Part shown: piece after piece, positions 35,226 through 48,163 of the stretch | Layout: each line of letters opens with the position of its first letter | Numbering within the stretch: the stretch's first letter is position 1 | DNA from: Selaginella moellendorffii | Taxonomy: Eukaryota; Plantae; Lycopodiophyta | DNA: 64,000 bases | Reading direction: 5' to 3' | NCBI RefSeq assembly: GCF_000143415.4 | Contig: NW_003314340.1 | Location: 251,772 to 315,771, forward strand | The notes under the pieces: generated by a model | Told to the model about the DNA's origin: nothing | Seen by the model: the letters and a program-made list of their open reading frames with translations, nothing else | Database searches by the model: none | Made by a program: the position numbers and the translations under genes

Positions 35226-38200
35226 CAGATCCACTCCTTAGCATTCTTAGGATGCCCATAGACATGGGGAATAGCCTTCCCCAAAATCCCTTTTTTGGTC
35301 CCCACCAAGTCCCTTTCTACCTATGGCCGTGTTCACCAACATTGCCATTGGATCAAGGCCCACAAGCCCGACCACTGAGTCCCATGGTCCTATGGGACTT
35401 CCTCACCACACGACTGTATCCTTGGTCACTACACCAGAGGACTACTCCTCTTCCTTTCCACAGTCTGGGCCTTTGGGATAACATTTTGGAACACACAAAC
35501 CTCATAGGTATTCTCCCCGCCTTCTACATTTGGGTGCTCTAGCCATGGGTTTAGAGTGAGGTTCCGTTGAGCCACGCCAGGTATCCAAGTAGGTAGTGCC
35601 ACCCACACTTGGACTGGGAGCATTAACCATTCGATCTCCCGAGGGAACTAGAGTCGGCTCTTGAACACTTCACCAAGCTACCTAACTTGTCGGTCCATAT
35701 TCACTTTAGTCTTGGACTTCCCAGTGGTCAACTCATCACCCAACACCTGGGTATAGCCTTCCTGAGCCAAACTAGCTCCATTGGGCTCCAACTCTCTACT
35801 ATACTTTTGGAACCCCCTAAAGCCCCCCCCCCCCCCCCTCGGGGGGGATGATCGCTTTGGGCTTTCACCCAATTGCCTGTATTAGTATTCGGACTCGGAC
35901 TCGGACTCGGTCTTAGTCCTAGTCTCGGTCCCGGTTTCGGACTCAGACTCGGTCTCGGTCTCGGTCTCGGTTCCGTCTCAGACTCCATCTTGGGTCCATC
36001 TCGGACTCCATCTCGGATACTTCCACGTGTCATGTGTTGGTCCTTTTGGGTCCCTTTTGGAGCCTCGCTTATTGCTCGCTTCGTGCTCGTTCCTCGAGCA
36101 CTTTGTTGGGAGTTCCACTCCCACTCTCGACCTTTCAAGTTAGAGTTTTTAGTCCAAATGTGTTATGCTCGTTTAGCTTTCGCTTCGGCCACTACCATGT
36201 GGCACCCTTTTGGCTCCACTTTAGGGCTTAGAGATTTTGTGTCTCACAACTCCACCACCCATAGACGAAATTCGATGTCCTCATCGAATGATAAACTATT
36301 TTATAAAGTAATACTAACATGTATTACCCTTTCCATTCTTAGCACCTTGCCAATATTCATCAATGGTTTGATACCGAAGGCTCACCACGCCTTGTTCATC
36401 CTCCAAGGAGCATAGTCTTTCCAACTTAGAGACTGTTTGGACCATTTGTAGTGGTTTTCTCCTTTTATTGGTTTAGTTCTCATTAAACCTGTTAAAGACA
36501 CCGTCTCTATCTTGATCCCACTACTCCTTCTCGAGTAATCTCAATTTCCATCAATATAACCTTTGCACTTGAAACTTTTACTTTTGACTTCTTGAAATCA
36601 ATTTCCTAGGTGTCTCCGACACCTTGCACATATTGTGCAACTCCACTTCCCCATCCTAGGAAGTTCTTTACTTGAGGGCACCATCATCCTCTCTTCTATT
36701 TGGTGCCACCTTGAGTGCTAAGTTCCAATTATTTAATTTGTGCTAGGGCTGTCTATGGCCCTATCATTTGGCTACCATACCGCTCATTGCCTTGGAGCTT
36801 CCACTTTCACCAAATTGGAACAATGGGAAATCCATCCTTGGAAACATATTGCCTTTCCCACCATTCGTTAGCACCCAACACATAGTGTTCTTAGCGTAAT
36901 TTGCCTTTCTAGGTTCTTGCCCATGATTTCTATGGCTCTTTTCTTAGCCACTAGTCTTTTGCTCCTATCCTTGATTGTTGCACCCAGCAACATAGGATTG
37001 CTACTTCCAATCTTGAGGTATCCTTTTAGTTCTATAGCAAAGATTTTGCTTTGCCAAGTCCAGAAGGTGTTCACCTTTAGTATGTCTCTTTAGCATCTTT
37101 TGTTGTGGGCTCTATTCATGGCCTAACTTTGAGACCATCCTATGGGTCCTTTATAGAGACTACTTTCTTCGGACTCATTATGCCATTGCATTAACACAGT
37201 TCATTTTCCTTAGGTGTTTTTCCCACTTGGTCACCTTGACCAAGCCACACCATCATCAATAGTTCAAATCAACACTTTGAACTAGGAACTTTATTCCTTA
37301 CCCTCACAAGGACCTCGTCCTTGTTTTAGCTATAAGATCACCTAGTGATCAAACCTTAGCAACAGGTTTGCCAATAAGTATTAGGTCTTCTAGACCTTTA
37401 AGTTGTTTACCATGACCCCGGGGGCATCCCCCACACTTGGCGGTGCACCCAAGCCATCCCTTCCGGCCAAGGGTCCATAGCAACTGAGACTGGGTGTCCC
37501 CATCTCATTCACCACGCCCTTAATGCTACTTGCACCAAAGTGTTCAAGTTAGATATGCTGAGACATTAAGCAATCTAACTGTGCATCATGACTCCGGAGC
37601 ATCCCTTGTTTGGCGGTGTGCCCAAGCTAGTCTCCTTATTAAAAGTCCATGACCACCGAAAAATGAGTGTCCTCATATTCCAAACCATCGCCTCGCTCTA
37701 GTGAGTTGAGACTCGAACCCAAGTACTAAAGGGTTGGGACTTGAACTCAACCTTTGTATATGCATTTACGGATGGCATCACACAAGATGCCTTGTGTGAC
37801 TCCCCACACCGGTGCATCAATATGTACTTAAAGCATACTATAAATCACAGATTAGGAACTTGGTTCCTTTGCACTGCCAAGTCCTCTCATTTGGCAAGTC
37901 TGTGATCATGCATGGACTCCTCCATGCTTGGCCCCATGGGCCACTCCTTTTGAAGTTAGCACCTTCGACTAGGGGATTTGTTCCCCTGACTTGCCAATTT
38001 CACTTAGCAAGTCATCCAGCCACCATAACATGGTTCATGCATAAATGTGAAAGTCCTTAACCATCGAGTTTCGTTCAAAGCCCTCTCTTTGAACACTCGG
38101 AAACTACTTCCCCAACCTTGATAGCCTCGCCTCATGGCCAGTTTCAAGATCACGCTTCTGCTGCGCCACTCTGATTTCGCACGCTCTAGGAACCATTTAC

Positions 38201-38683
38201 ACTTGGCTTTCTAGGTACTTATCTACCTAGAATTGTCTTTGGAAACCTTCAAGGAACTCTATTCCTTAGCTTGCTAAAGCTTCTCTTTTGTAAGCTCCCT
38301 ACTCACCATATGGTTTAATATGGATAATTCCACATTTTATACTCTCCATGGCATTGCGATGTCTAGTAATAACATCCTCGAGCACCCTCTTGATTCTCCA
38401 CTCCCAACTTGCATAACCACCGTGGTTATGCCTTTTGATTTCTATGGTTTAGTTCCATCCCAATACTACTTGCCTTTTGGCCTCATATGTTTCCTTTGGT
38501 TATTCTCCTCCAGACTAAGAGGATAGCTTTGCACGTTCTACCATGCCTTAGCAAGTATTCATAGGGATGAACCTACCTGATAGCTTAGGGAATGGTTCTT
38601 TAATTTGGGCATACTCACCTTATAATCCCACACACCGGGATTACCGTTGCTACTTATGGGCCTCTATATGCCCATCATTAACC

Positions 38684-39780
38684 TGTAAGCCACAAATTTT
38701 TTCTTTTCAATTTGCTAGCTTATCTCATCTATCCGACCAACATTGCCTTGGCTTTTGCGAAGTTCCCTCACCAAGGTTCCCGCCTATTGTACTAGCTCCT
38801 ACTTATTCCTACTTGGTTTCAACTACTCACTGCATGAGTAACAGAGCGTTAGCCATCCATCCACGGATTCCCAAATCTCTCCCAATCCCCCTCCCCGGGT
38901 TAGACTGGACTTAAGGTTCAGCTACATTCCCCGCAAGCACAAGCAGCCAAACACACCAAGCCTCCAGGTTCCTAACATCTCTTGGTACAACAAGACTTGA
39001 TCATGGGACCCTCTAAATCCCAAGCCTTGGGTGCAACACTTGCTTCGGAACATCAGGGCAAAACACTATGGCCTAACGACCCGGCATGGGTACCTCTACC
39101 CCCCCACTTCCATCCCGAAGGGAAGGCCTAAGCCCCTAGGAAGGGCGAGGACCAATGAGCCACAAAGTACTTAAGTGGGGCATGAGCCGGGAGCACTACA
39201 GTCGGTTTCCATTTTGGGAGTGGGAGTTGCTTTTGAGCACTTCCTTGGGTGGCCCCTTCGGCACCACCCGAGTCCATGCTCACTCCCACCCAAGGCCCCT
39301 CGGCCCCAACCTCAACCTCAAGTTAGTTTGGAAGCACTACTAGAGAGTTCCTTCAAGACTAGTTCCTGGACCTCACTATTCCTACTATACTGTTGGAACC
39401 CTCTACAACCCCCCCCCCAGGAGATGCATGCTTTGGGCTTTCACCCCTTGACCTGTATTAGTACTCGGACTCGATCTCGGACCTGACTTCGGACTCGGAC
39501 TCGGACTCGATCTCAGACTCAATCTCGGACCCGATCTCGGACTTGACTTCGGACTTGACATCGAACTCGGTCTTGGACCTGATCTCGGATCTCAGACTCT
39601 GTCTCGAACTCGGTCTCAAACTCAGTCTCGAACTCGGTCTCTGAGTCGGCCTCGGACTCGAACCCGGACTCTATCTCAAACTCAGTCTTAGAGTTGGTCT
39701 TGGACTCGATCTCAGACTCGGTCCCATAAGATGAACTCTTTATCATTTCAGTCATGCCTTTGGGGATCCTTTAGCCTACA
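38684..39780. repeat. Family-X LTR (probable solo LTR) with expanded GACTCG-type hexamer tract
   Basis: Colinear with 9458-10332. TGTAAGCC...TAGCCTACA ends. No clean TSD. Confidence 0.75.
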
Positions 39781-40272
39781 ACACCTCGGGGAGTTGGTTC
39801 CTTACATAACCTTGCCAAAATCCCATTTTTGGCTTTGTCCAAATTGGGTAGACAGATTTCTCCCGTTTCCAGAATCTTGGATATTTGGATAGCACCTTTT
39901 ATCCATCATTTGCTAGAGACTTAGTCCCTTAGGCATTATCTAATGTCTTCGCGACACTAAACACCACTTCCTGGTGTTTTAAAGTGTTTGGGTGTCCCAA
40001 TGATGGCTTTTTTTGGCAATGAGTATTCCCTTTACGACATTGACTTATTATATTGCAATATAAATAGTTTCTCCCCCATAAGGGTATATCTAACTTCCTT
40101 ATCCCAATAAGAAGTCTTAGGTAGTTACCTTCTACCAATTTAACTAATTATTTTGCACCTTTTTCTTAGTTGCCTCATAGTTGTCAAGTCCTATAACTCA
40201 TTGCTAGTGCTTCTACACCTCCATCATTATTTGGGTCACCACACTCTAATTGCATACCTTCTAGCTTAGGCT

Positions 40273-40660
40273 ATGATGTTTCTATCTTGTTCTGTTCTTC
40301 CCTTTTTCAATCCCTCTGACAATCTTTGTGTTGCAGTAGTTGACCGGCTCATGAAGGAGTATTCTGATCTCTTTGAATTTGACCTATTGTCTGGGGCTAA
40401 AATTGCCACATGTCATCCGATTCCAACTGGGGATGCTCGTCCAATCAAGGTTCTTGTTCGCCGTTGGTCATCCAAGGAGATTCAAGGAGATGTTAGAGAA
40501 GGGTGTTATTCGGAAGGGGCATGTGAATTTCATCTTGTGACGAAGCCTGATGGGAGTATTCGTTTCTGCATCGACTATCGTCCATTAAACGAAGTGACAA
40601 TCCCTGATGTGTACCCTCTTCCTCACATTGCTAATCTTTTGGATCGTCTGGGGCAAAATC
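40273..40660 (+). pseudogene. Isolated Ty3/gypsy RT N-terminal fragment
   Basis: IPTGDARPI...LVTKPDGSIRFCIDYRPLNEVTIPDVYPLP. Confidence 0.85.
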
Positions 40661-40667
40661 GTCTACA

Positions 40668-41594
40668 AGGGGTTCCAAAAGTATAGTAAGGAGTTGGAGC
40701 CCAATAGAGCCAGTTTGGCCCAGGAAAGATGTACCCAAGTGTTGGGTGATGAGTTGACCACTGGGAAGTCCAAGACTAGAGTGAATATGGACCGACAAGC
40801 TGGGTAGCTTGGTGAAGTGTTCAAGAGCTGGCTCTAGTTCCCCCAAAGGATCGAATGGTTAATGCTCCCAATCCAAGTGTGGGTGGCACTACCTACTTGG
40901 ATACCTGGCGTGGCTCAACGGAACCTCACTCTAAGCCTATGGCTAGAGCACCCAAAGGTGGAAGGCGGGGAGAATACCTATGAGGCTTGTGTAGGGCTAC
41001 GGTGTTCCAAAATGTTGTCCCAAAGGCCCAGACTGTGGAAAGGAAGAGGAATAGTTCTCTGATGTAGTGACCAAGGATATAGTCATGTGGTGAGGAAGTC
41101 CCATAGGACCGTGAGACTCAGTGGTCGGGCCTGTGGGCCTCGATCCAGTGGCAATGTTGGCAAACACGGCCATAGGCAGAAAGGGACTTGGTGGGGACCA
41201 GAAAAGGGATATTGGGGAGGCTATTCCCCATGTCTACGAGCATCCTAAGAATACTAAGGAGTGGATCTGGGATGATCACTCATGGATGGATGGCCCAGTC
41301 CTTGAGAGACGGGATTGTGATGCAGGTGGTGTTAGACCACTAGTGTGACCAAGATGAAGGGGCATGGCCTTAGTGTAACAAGCTGATATGTTAATGGTAC
41401 CTTGGGGTGTCAGTCATGGGATCGGACACGTGGAGCACTTGGACCAAGTGCAAAGGTTGAGTGGCGGGGATGCCATTCTTGCTAGCAAGCCCAAGTCCGA
41501 AATAAGACTTATGGAGGTTGTGAGTGAGACTCCTCCAAGTGGTCAGAGGTGTGGTTAAGTGACTGAAGTAGAATGGAAAATTTAGTTGCTTAGA
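40668..41594. repeat. Inverted, truncated second copy of LTR-like family Y
   Basis: Reverse complement of 2992-3324 plus 35231-35817. Confidence 0.75.
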
Positions 41595-43100
41595 ACTTGG
41601 TATCAAAACTGTTCTTCAGTCCGACTTTTATTGGTGCTCAAGTATATCACCACTGGTGTTGGCATCAGTCTTAGGAGTGGGCCTATCCTTGAAGAATAGC
41701 AAGTTAGGAAAACATGACTCTCCACTACAGTTCATATGTGAACTTGTAGGTGAGGTGGTGGATAAAAAAGAGCCAATAATGGAACAACTTTGGGATCTTA
41801 GGAACAGTATAAAGTTTTCCTTAGAGAGTTAAGGATGTGATCCAGATGAGCGTTTGACTTAGTAAACTAACTAATGTAGTTGTGATAAACAACTATAGTT
41901 GGGATCACAAGAAAGATAGAGACTCCAAAACAATAAAGGAGTCACAAGATTATCCTCATATAGTTGAGGTTGGTGCTCATGAATGTGAGACGAGGATTAT
42001 AACCGTGGGCGGTCAAATATAGAAAAGGACACAAGTCCTTGGAATGGTAGCCGAGGCTACCTTTGATAAATGCTAGAACAACCCAAGGAGTTAGGGGTGC
42101 ACTTAGAGGATGAGTTGGTATTCTCATCATATGGACAAGTAGTCCTAAGGGGCAAAAGTTGGTCCCAGAGAATAAAATTAAGTGTTAGAGTAACATTTGC
42201 AAAGATGGTCTTGGTGAGTAAGACATGAATATATGAAGTTGTATTCTAGTGAGTTGGCACCTCAAAAGTAAGACCTCATGGTCGTCTGATTAGCAAGTCC
42301 AAAAAACTAGATGACTCAAGTAGAGTCAAGGAATAATCCTAAGGGATTGATGGAAGCATTTAGACTAAGGTGTATTGTACCCCACGAAGTATGGGGAGGA
42401 TCTTAAGATCCAAGCATGAGAACAGTGGGTATTTCATTGATGGTAGAATGCGCCATGCTAAAGTCGTGGGAAAGAGTTTCCCAGAAGAAAACAACTTTGA
42501 CACAAAGTTGTGCATAAACTCTATAGTGCAGTGCTAATGGATAATTGGCATAAAAGACAACCATATTGGGCTTTGGCAAAGACCTAGACACAAGTAAGAA
42601 GTGTCATAGAGGTAGGCTCGTAGAGCCGATGGTGTGAAAACACCGAATGTGCCAAGGCGTGTTGCCTTGAGGTCAAGTTAGCGGGTTCATGAGAACCCCT
42701 TCCAAAGGAATCCCAATGGAAATGGGAATGGAGGAGGAAATAATAGGGAACAAAAGTAATGGAAACAAAGTTAAAAGTAGAAGGACAAAAAGGTACCTAA
42801 GTGAGAGGAATGGATGAAACATAAGGAAGTATGAGACAAGGGGAAGAAGCCTCAAAGTCACACTTGGCAAGATTGCACTGTAACCAATTTATACCAAGAA
42901 TGAAATCAAAAGCTTGACTCGGCACCACCTGCAATGACTGCAACGCAAGCTTAAGATTGCCCACACGCACAACCAAGTCTACCTCATCCCGTGCACATGC
43001 ATGTGTATAGCCGTTGCCATAAAGAATGAAAACTAGTTCCACCATACGACACAAGTGTAAATGGCAACGTGTGGCAACAAGTCAAACAATAGAAGATAAC
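41595..43100 (-). pseudogene. Degenerate protease, RT and RNase H remnants of the outer gypsy element
   Basis: Protease C-terminal motif FDFILGINWL (ORF 42797-43054) and TDA-like RNase H start near 41660. Many stops. Confidence 0.55.
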
Positions 43101-43426
43101 CTCAACTAACACGAAGAGAATAATAAGAGACCTCTTGTTATAAAAACAAGCTTAGAAAGTAAATATTGAATGAACCAGTGCCGAATGAACCCCTTGATAA
43201 TAATCCCAAAAGAAAGATAGAGGGGTCATTGACTTATTCGCACAAGGTCCCTCCATTACTCGTGCGACTCTTTGTTTCCCGGATGCATCTTGATGTCTAA
43301 ACCATCCACTACAACAACACCAACGGGAAGTTGCTGACACCAAAGTCTCCACCCATTCCATGGAGGTCCATTCCATATTCCAAGCACTCCTTAGGGACAA
43401 TCAAAAGTGCCCCTCACCTCCACTAA

Positions 43427-43798
43427 TGTGAGTGCTTGGAATATGGAAAGGGAATATAGAAAATGCATATCAATTAGCCCAAAAATCATAGCTTATTGTA
43501 AGCTCATAAATTTAGACTTTCTGGAGGTCACCCAACCCAATACTATTTAAACCCAAAGACACTTAACCCTAAATATCCCAAGACCCTTAACTGATTGGAA
43601 AAGAGGGTGCATTCTTGTTCATGGGCCCTTTCCCTCTATATTTAAACCCCATGGATCGTCTTTCAAGTCGTTCCCTTTGGTTGCTTACACTTATATACAG
43701 GAGCAAGTGGTCTAAATTGAAATCAATCTGACGGCTACCAAAATCCCACTACGCTAATATTAGTATATGGTATCGTAGCCATACACTTGGCCCTCACA
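43427..43798 (-). repeat. 5' LTR of the outer gypsy element, interrupted by a Cassandra solo LTR
   Basis: tgtgagtgcttggaatatgg...cacttggccctcaca matches 1249-1424. Confidence 0.8.
43497..43689 (-). mobile_element. Cassandra solo LTR
   Basis: Matches 10714-10907. TGTAAGC...GCTTACA ends. TSD CTTAT (43492-43496, 43690-43694). Confidence 0.9.
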
Positions 43799-43802
43799 TG
43801 GT

Positions 43803-44150
43803 GAAATTATTCTTTGAACAAATGGTTCAAATCCCGAAAATGCTAGAGGAAATTATCTTAGAATAAGATAATATATTCACCAATAAATTGTAGAGAACTT
43901 TTTTGAATGCAATATCGTGCCAAACTGAAATTCAACACTATCTATCACCATGTATAAAAAACATTAATACAACTGTAATGTCACATACTAAAATTCATAT
44001 TATAGTTTTGGCAAAGAAACTAAATACCTCTTTACTAGATTGAATGTAAATAATTATAACGTTTTCAATTTAGTTTAAAACTAAAGGTTTTTATATTATG
44101 TAAAAGACAATGAAGCCACTATAATACCCTAAATAGAAATTATTTTATAG
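43803..44150 (+). pseudogene. Right part of the same degenerate gypsy integrase
   Basis: Empty site ggta-TGGT-gaaattattc is restored on removing 1228-43802. Integrase-like remnants follow. Right boundary approximate. Confidence 0.5.
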
Positions 44151-44928
44151 TCAGATAAACTAAAGGCTATTGCAATTAATTCCAAGGTAAATTATCATCT
44201 AGTTTTAAATATATTTTACTATATAGTTTCTCTATAAATTCATATGAATAAAGCAATGATGTTAACACCAAAGCTAGTGTTATGTAGAAACCACAACAAT
44301 CTACCTTTGTAATAGAGAATAAAATGAACAAACATTTTTTAACCCATTTGAATACATTTTGTGTTTTTTTTTATTATAGTAGAATGAAAAATAAGAGATG
44401 ATAACTTTAGAAATTCCACTAAATAAATCTAGACACTCTACAAAAGATGAGGTGAGTATTTTAATTTCCATTTGAGTTATAGTAATGTATATAATTGTTC
44501 TGGTTTCTATGTAGCAAATTAAAATTAAAAAGTTGAATATAAATTTTCTAAAAGACATTATAGAGCTACTCATTAAAAATAAGATTACCTTTTAGAATAT
44601 CAAAGGGTTTTTCAAATGGATGACAAGTTTTACTAGTTATTTAATTGAAGAAGAACTAAAACAAAAGAAGTTTTAAAGTATATTGTTGGACATATTTTAA
44701 AGGTTAGGCACTTTGTGATGTTTCAGAAGTACAAATGATGAATTCTTAGAATGAAAGTACATTAACTATTCATAAGGTTTACAAATCTGATAAGATATAT
44801 GGAAACATATAAAAATTATACAGTTAAATTAAATCATAAATGCATAAAAATATATGAAAAATTATATGAATATTTTTCTAAACTCAATGAAAAATGTATT
44901 TTGAATTTTATAATTAACCATATCTCAA

Positions 44929-44980
44929 ACACACACACACATATGCACACACAGACATATATATATATATATATATATAT
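44929..44980. repeat. (CA)n/(TA)n microsatellite
   Basis: Visible dinucleotide runs. Confidence 0.9.
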
Positions 44981-46049
44981 TTCAAAAATATATAAAATCC
45001 TAAACATTCTACCATATGAAAAACTACAAAGTAACATCTTTATTAAAAACTATAGAAGACACTAGAGTAAAAAGTATTTATAACACTAATACTTAAACTA
45101 TATACATTAACAAACTATTTTGAACAGATATATAATTTTCTTATATTGGAAATCCTATTTATCTAACTGAGTGCTTCATATAGTTAAATTTTGAAAAACT
45201 ACATCAATGGGTTTGTTGTGCAAAGCTTTGGGTCTGATACACGTCTAGATCAGCTCAAGCTTTTTAGCAATCTTAACTGAACCGGGCAATAGTGATTTTC
45301 TTCATCAATGCATTCACTCTTGTGGGTTGCTACTCCATTCTATCATCTCAACACCACTTCTGTCTCAGAGTTAACTGATTCTGCAGCTGGTGTGTGGGCT
45401 TGTGCTGCTTTAGCTGCCCGAGTATGTGTTACTGCTGCCTGAGATTTTGCTTCCACGCAGCAGATCGTGCTTGAGCAATGCTAAGGAAATCATAACCTAT
45501 TTTGGTTTCTCCCCAAGCTCATACAATGCATAGTATAAACCAACAAACCACAAACTTACAAGCGAGCTGCATTTCCATTGCACAGAAGACTGCCTCGCCT
45601 GTCTAATGATGCTTTATTTAAATGCAGTCTTTTGAAGATAGCTGGCTGAATATTGTGCCATGTCCGGGATTTTATAAGATTCTCGACTACATTAAAGAAG
45701 GAACCCACCGGTCTTCGTCACTGAAAGCAGTTGGTTTCTGAAACATCCTACCTTCACAGGATTCAACCCGCATGCTTCTTACGAAACTTCGCTCAATGGT
45801 CAAGCGATAAGGTCTTGTGTCACACTTCAAATGCAAATGTGTCATGGTCGTGTACACTGTGTCACCTTCCTCCAAAATTCAATCTATGGGCGAAATCGAG
45901 AGACTGGTAGATCATGAAGCTAAAGTCTTTCCAGAAACTGGTAGATCATGGAGCTAAAGTCTTTTAGCAAAATATGTAATTGCGATGCGAACAAAACTGC
46001 GCTCTAGGTTTTCAAAAGTTGTGATGGACTTTGCTTGCAACCCCCCCGC

Positions 46050-46058
46050 TATATAAAT
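46050..46058 (+). promoter_or_regulatory. Probable TATA box of the hevein-like gene
   Basis: TATATAAAT-type sequence ~75 bp upstream of the ATG at 46127. Confidence 0.55.
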
Positions 46059-46126
46059 GCGCCCCGCCTCTCCATTCAATCAAACACTGCTCAGCTCTAT
46101 CCATAGTTAAAGTGCTACTGTTTGCA

Positions 46127-46363
46127 ATGGCGTCCCTTCGTGCTTTCGCTGCTTTCTTCTTGTGCATGCTCGTTGTTGCAATGGTGGAGCACGCCAATGT
46201 GGTGGAAGCTCAATGTGGTACAGGCGGCGGTATCTGTTGCGGTCGTCAGGGTAGAGGAGGCCGCTGCAACTCGGGCCTGTGCTGCAGCCGGTTTGGCTAC
46301 TGCGGATCGACATCTGAGTACTGTGGCGCGGGCTGCCAGCGCGGCTATGGGAGATGCAACTAA
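46127..46363 (+). CDS. Secreted hevein-like (chitin-binding type-1) peptide, 78 aa
   Basis: Signal peptide [19 protein letters not shown]...VEA, then [33 protein letters not shown]....RC. Confidence 0.92.
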   Translation: MASLRAFAAFFLCMLVVAMVEHANVVEAQCGTGGGICCGRQGRGGRCNSGLCCSRFGYCGSTSEYCGAGCQRGYGRCN

Positions 46364-47249
46364 ATATTCCATCTAATGTGCTAGACACCTCCAGCATGAA
46401 AGTTGCGAGTAATATCTAAATAAGCACTGGTGTCCTCTATTCTCTTTATATATATATGGTGTGATGTTTGCTATGTTACCAAGCTGAACGCATTAAAAAT
46501 CTCATCCAATGCAGTCTCCTTCATCAATGACGCCCAATGCACTGCAGGTTAGTGTGGTGGATTCCTTCTACTGCATGGAATAGCTTTTTTAGATGCCACA
46601 CTTGATCTTTCTTTTACACCGAAGACGGATTTCTACCAAAAGTACAAAAAGCCATGAGAATCAACGGGTGACACAGGATTGGACGCATGGTGGATTGGAT
46701 CAGCCCGTTGTAAGTCTGCTCTGGAATGAGTAGTAAAACTCAACATCGCATCGCATGTCATGAGCAGGGTCAGTCCAGGCATTCCCAAGCTGCGGTATAC
46801 AAGGTTACTTTCTTGCTCTTTTGTGTCGTCCATTTCATACCCGTTCAGGTTGATGATGTTCTACCATGGGCAATGTGGTCCAACATTTACATAGCCAGAG
46901 ATAGTGACCTGCTTACTGCTTGAAAACCAAAGATCACAGTTTGCTAAATTGTGCCAATTCCACAGCCCAAGTCTTGCTGCCCACAAAGGCAATGCCACTC
47001 TTGTATAACAAGGGAATTTCCCTCACATCAACAAGACTTTCCATCTCTTAAGATTCAATTTGCACAACAAACCTCCAACATTGTTGAAACACTTAGGTGA
47101 GGCTCAGCCTAACCTCAAAAATTCAAATTACAAAGCTTAAATACAAGAAAGCTTTGAGTTGAATTAGGCTCAACTAATTAGGCTTTTAGCTGAATTCTCT
47201 CCTAAACTATGCACATCCATCATAACATAGGCTGTATGCACCACTTGTT

Positions 47250-47830
47250 GTCTCCAGAAAATCCCCCGCTACCTCTTTCAGCCCTTAACCTTGGCCGCAG
47301 CATCGCCCAGGAAGCAGCTCCTGGGTGTTGCTTCACCGTGCCAGGATGTTGATCATGCAGCTGGGGAGTTGATTGCCCCGGCAAAATAGCCGCCCGCAAT
47401 CGACGTCAAGCTGCAGCATACAGCACGCGTATCACCGCCATGGCTCAGTGCCGCAAGCATGCGTCGGCGGCCACGTCCTTGAGTAGCATCTCGTAGAAGA
47501 GCGCATCAAAGAACACCCTGGCGTGATCAATGTGGCCGGCTGGAGATCGTGGCGGCGGCAGTGAGGGTGATCCCAGGAGGAGATCCAAGCTCTCAAAGCT
47601 CTAGCATTGTGTTCCACTTCTCGGGACACTTCCCGGGCATTGTTGAGGAAGATCTCACAGGCAGCGGCGGTGTCTCTCACTTTTGCAAGCAGCAGCGATG
47701 TCCACAACAGGATGCTCCACTGCAGTATCTTGCGGAAGATAGTCACTAGTGTCACCGGAGTTGCCATAGCTGCTCGCCATCGTGTTCACGCCGCCATGCT
47801 CCATATCTCTGGGTGGACAGATCTTCAAAA
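47250..47830 (-). pseudogene. Possible decayed PPR gene fragment
   Basis: Scattered PPR-like phrases (ARVFFD, LFYEMLLKDVAAD, PVTLVTIF) in different frames. Confidence 0.3.
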
Positions 47831-48108
47831 AGAGACTCTAGAGCGGCTAGGACTGTGTTGCAGGGCACGGAGTCGCTAACTTAGAGAACAAATCCTCCAA
47901 GGCCTCTATGCGACATATGTTTGCGAGCAGGCATTCCACCAGTTTTCTCTTATCATGGTGTTTCCAAGAAACGAGACTTTTGTAGGGCATCATATAGAAA
48001 AGCTCTTGAGCTGTGAGTATTTGCCTGCACCTGGCATATGCTAGGAGAAGAATGTTAACACAAGATTACATTCCACTGTAGAGACGCGTTAAACATTTCT
48101 TGAAGAAG

Positions 48109-48153
48109 GTTTAGGGTTGTTAAAAAGAATCCAGTTAGGGTTTAGGGTTTAGG
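48109..48153. promoter_or_regulatory. Telo-box cluster upstream of the FAM136A-like gene
   Basis: TTTAGGGTT and TTAGGGTTTAGGGTTTAGG within 55 bp of the ATG. Confidence 0.6.
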
Positions 48154-48163
48154 TCCAGCCGCG

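Larger units (their letters stand above)
2992..36065. repeat. LTR-like family Y copy (2992-3324 plus 35231-~36065), split by the 3325-35225 gypsy element
   Basis: Starts TGTAAGCGACTAAATTTTCC. Joining across TSD CAGAT reproduces, in reverse complement, the uninterrupted copy at 40668-41594. Contains GACTCG/GTCTCG hexamer tracts. Right end approximate. Confidence 0.65.
1228..43798 (-). mobile_element. Ty3/gypsy LTR retrotransposon with short (~180-bp) LTRs, inflated to 42.6 kb by nested insertions
   Basis: Similar TGTGAG...CTCACA LTRs at 1228-1424 and 43427-43798. TGGT flanks both ends (1224-1227, 43799-43802). Minus-strand PPT GAGAAAAGGGGATGA lies next to 1424, and PBS-like TAGTGGAGGTGAGGGG next to 43427. 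Confidence 0.8.

Noticed and set aside
39464-39755. ETEFETEF or PRPSPS repeat proteins (also 35728-36415)
   Set aside because: These are translations of hexamer tracts inside LTRs.
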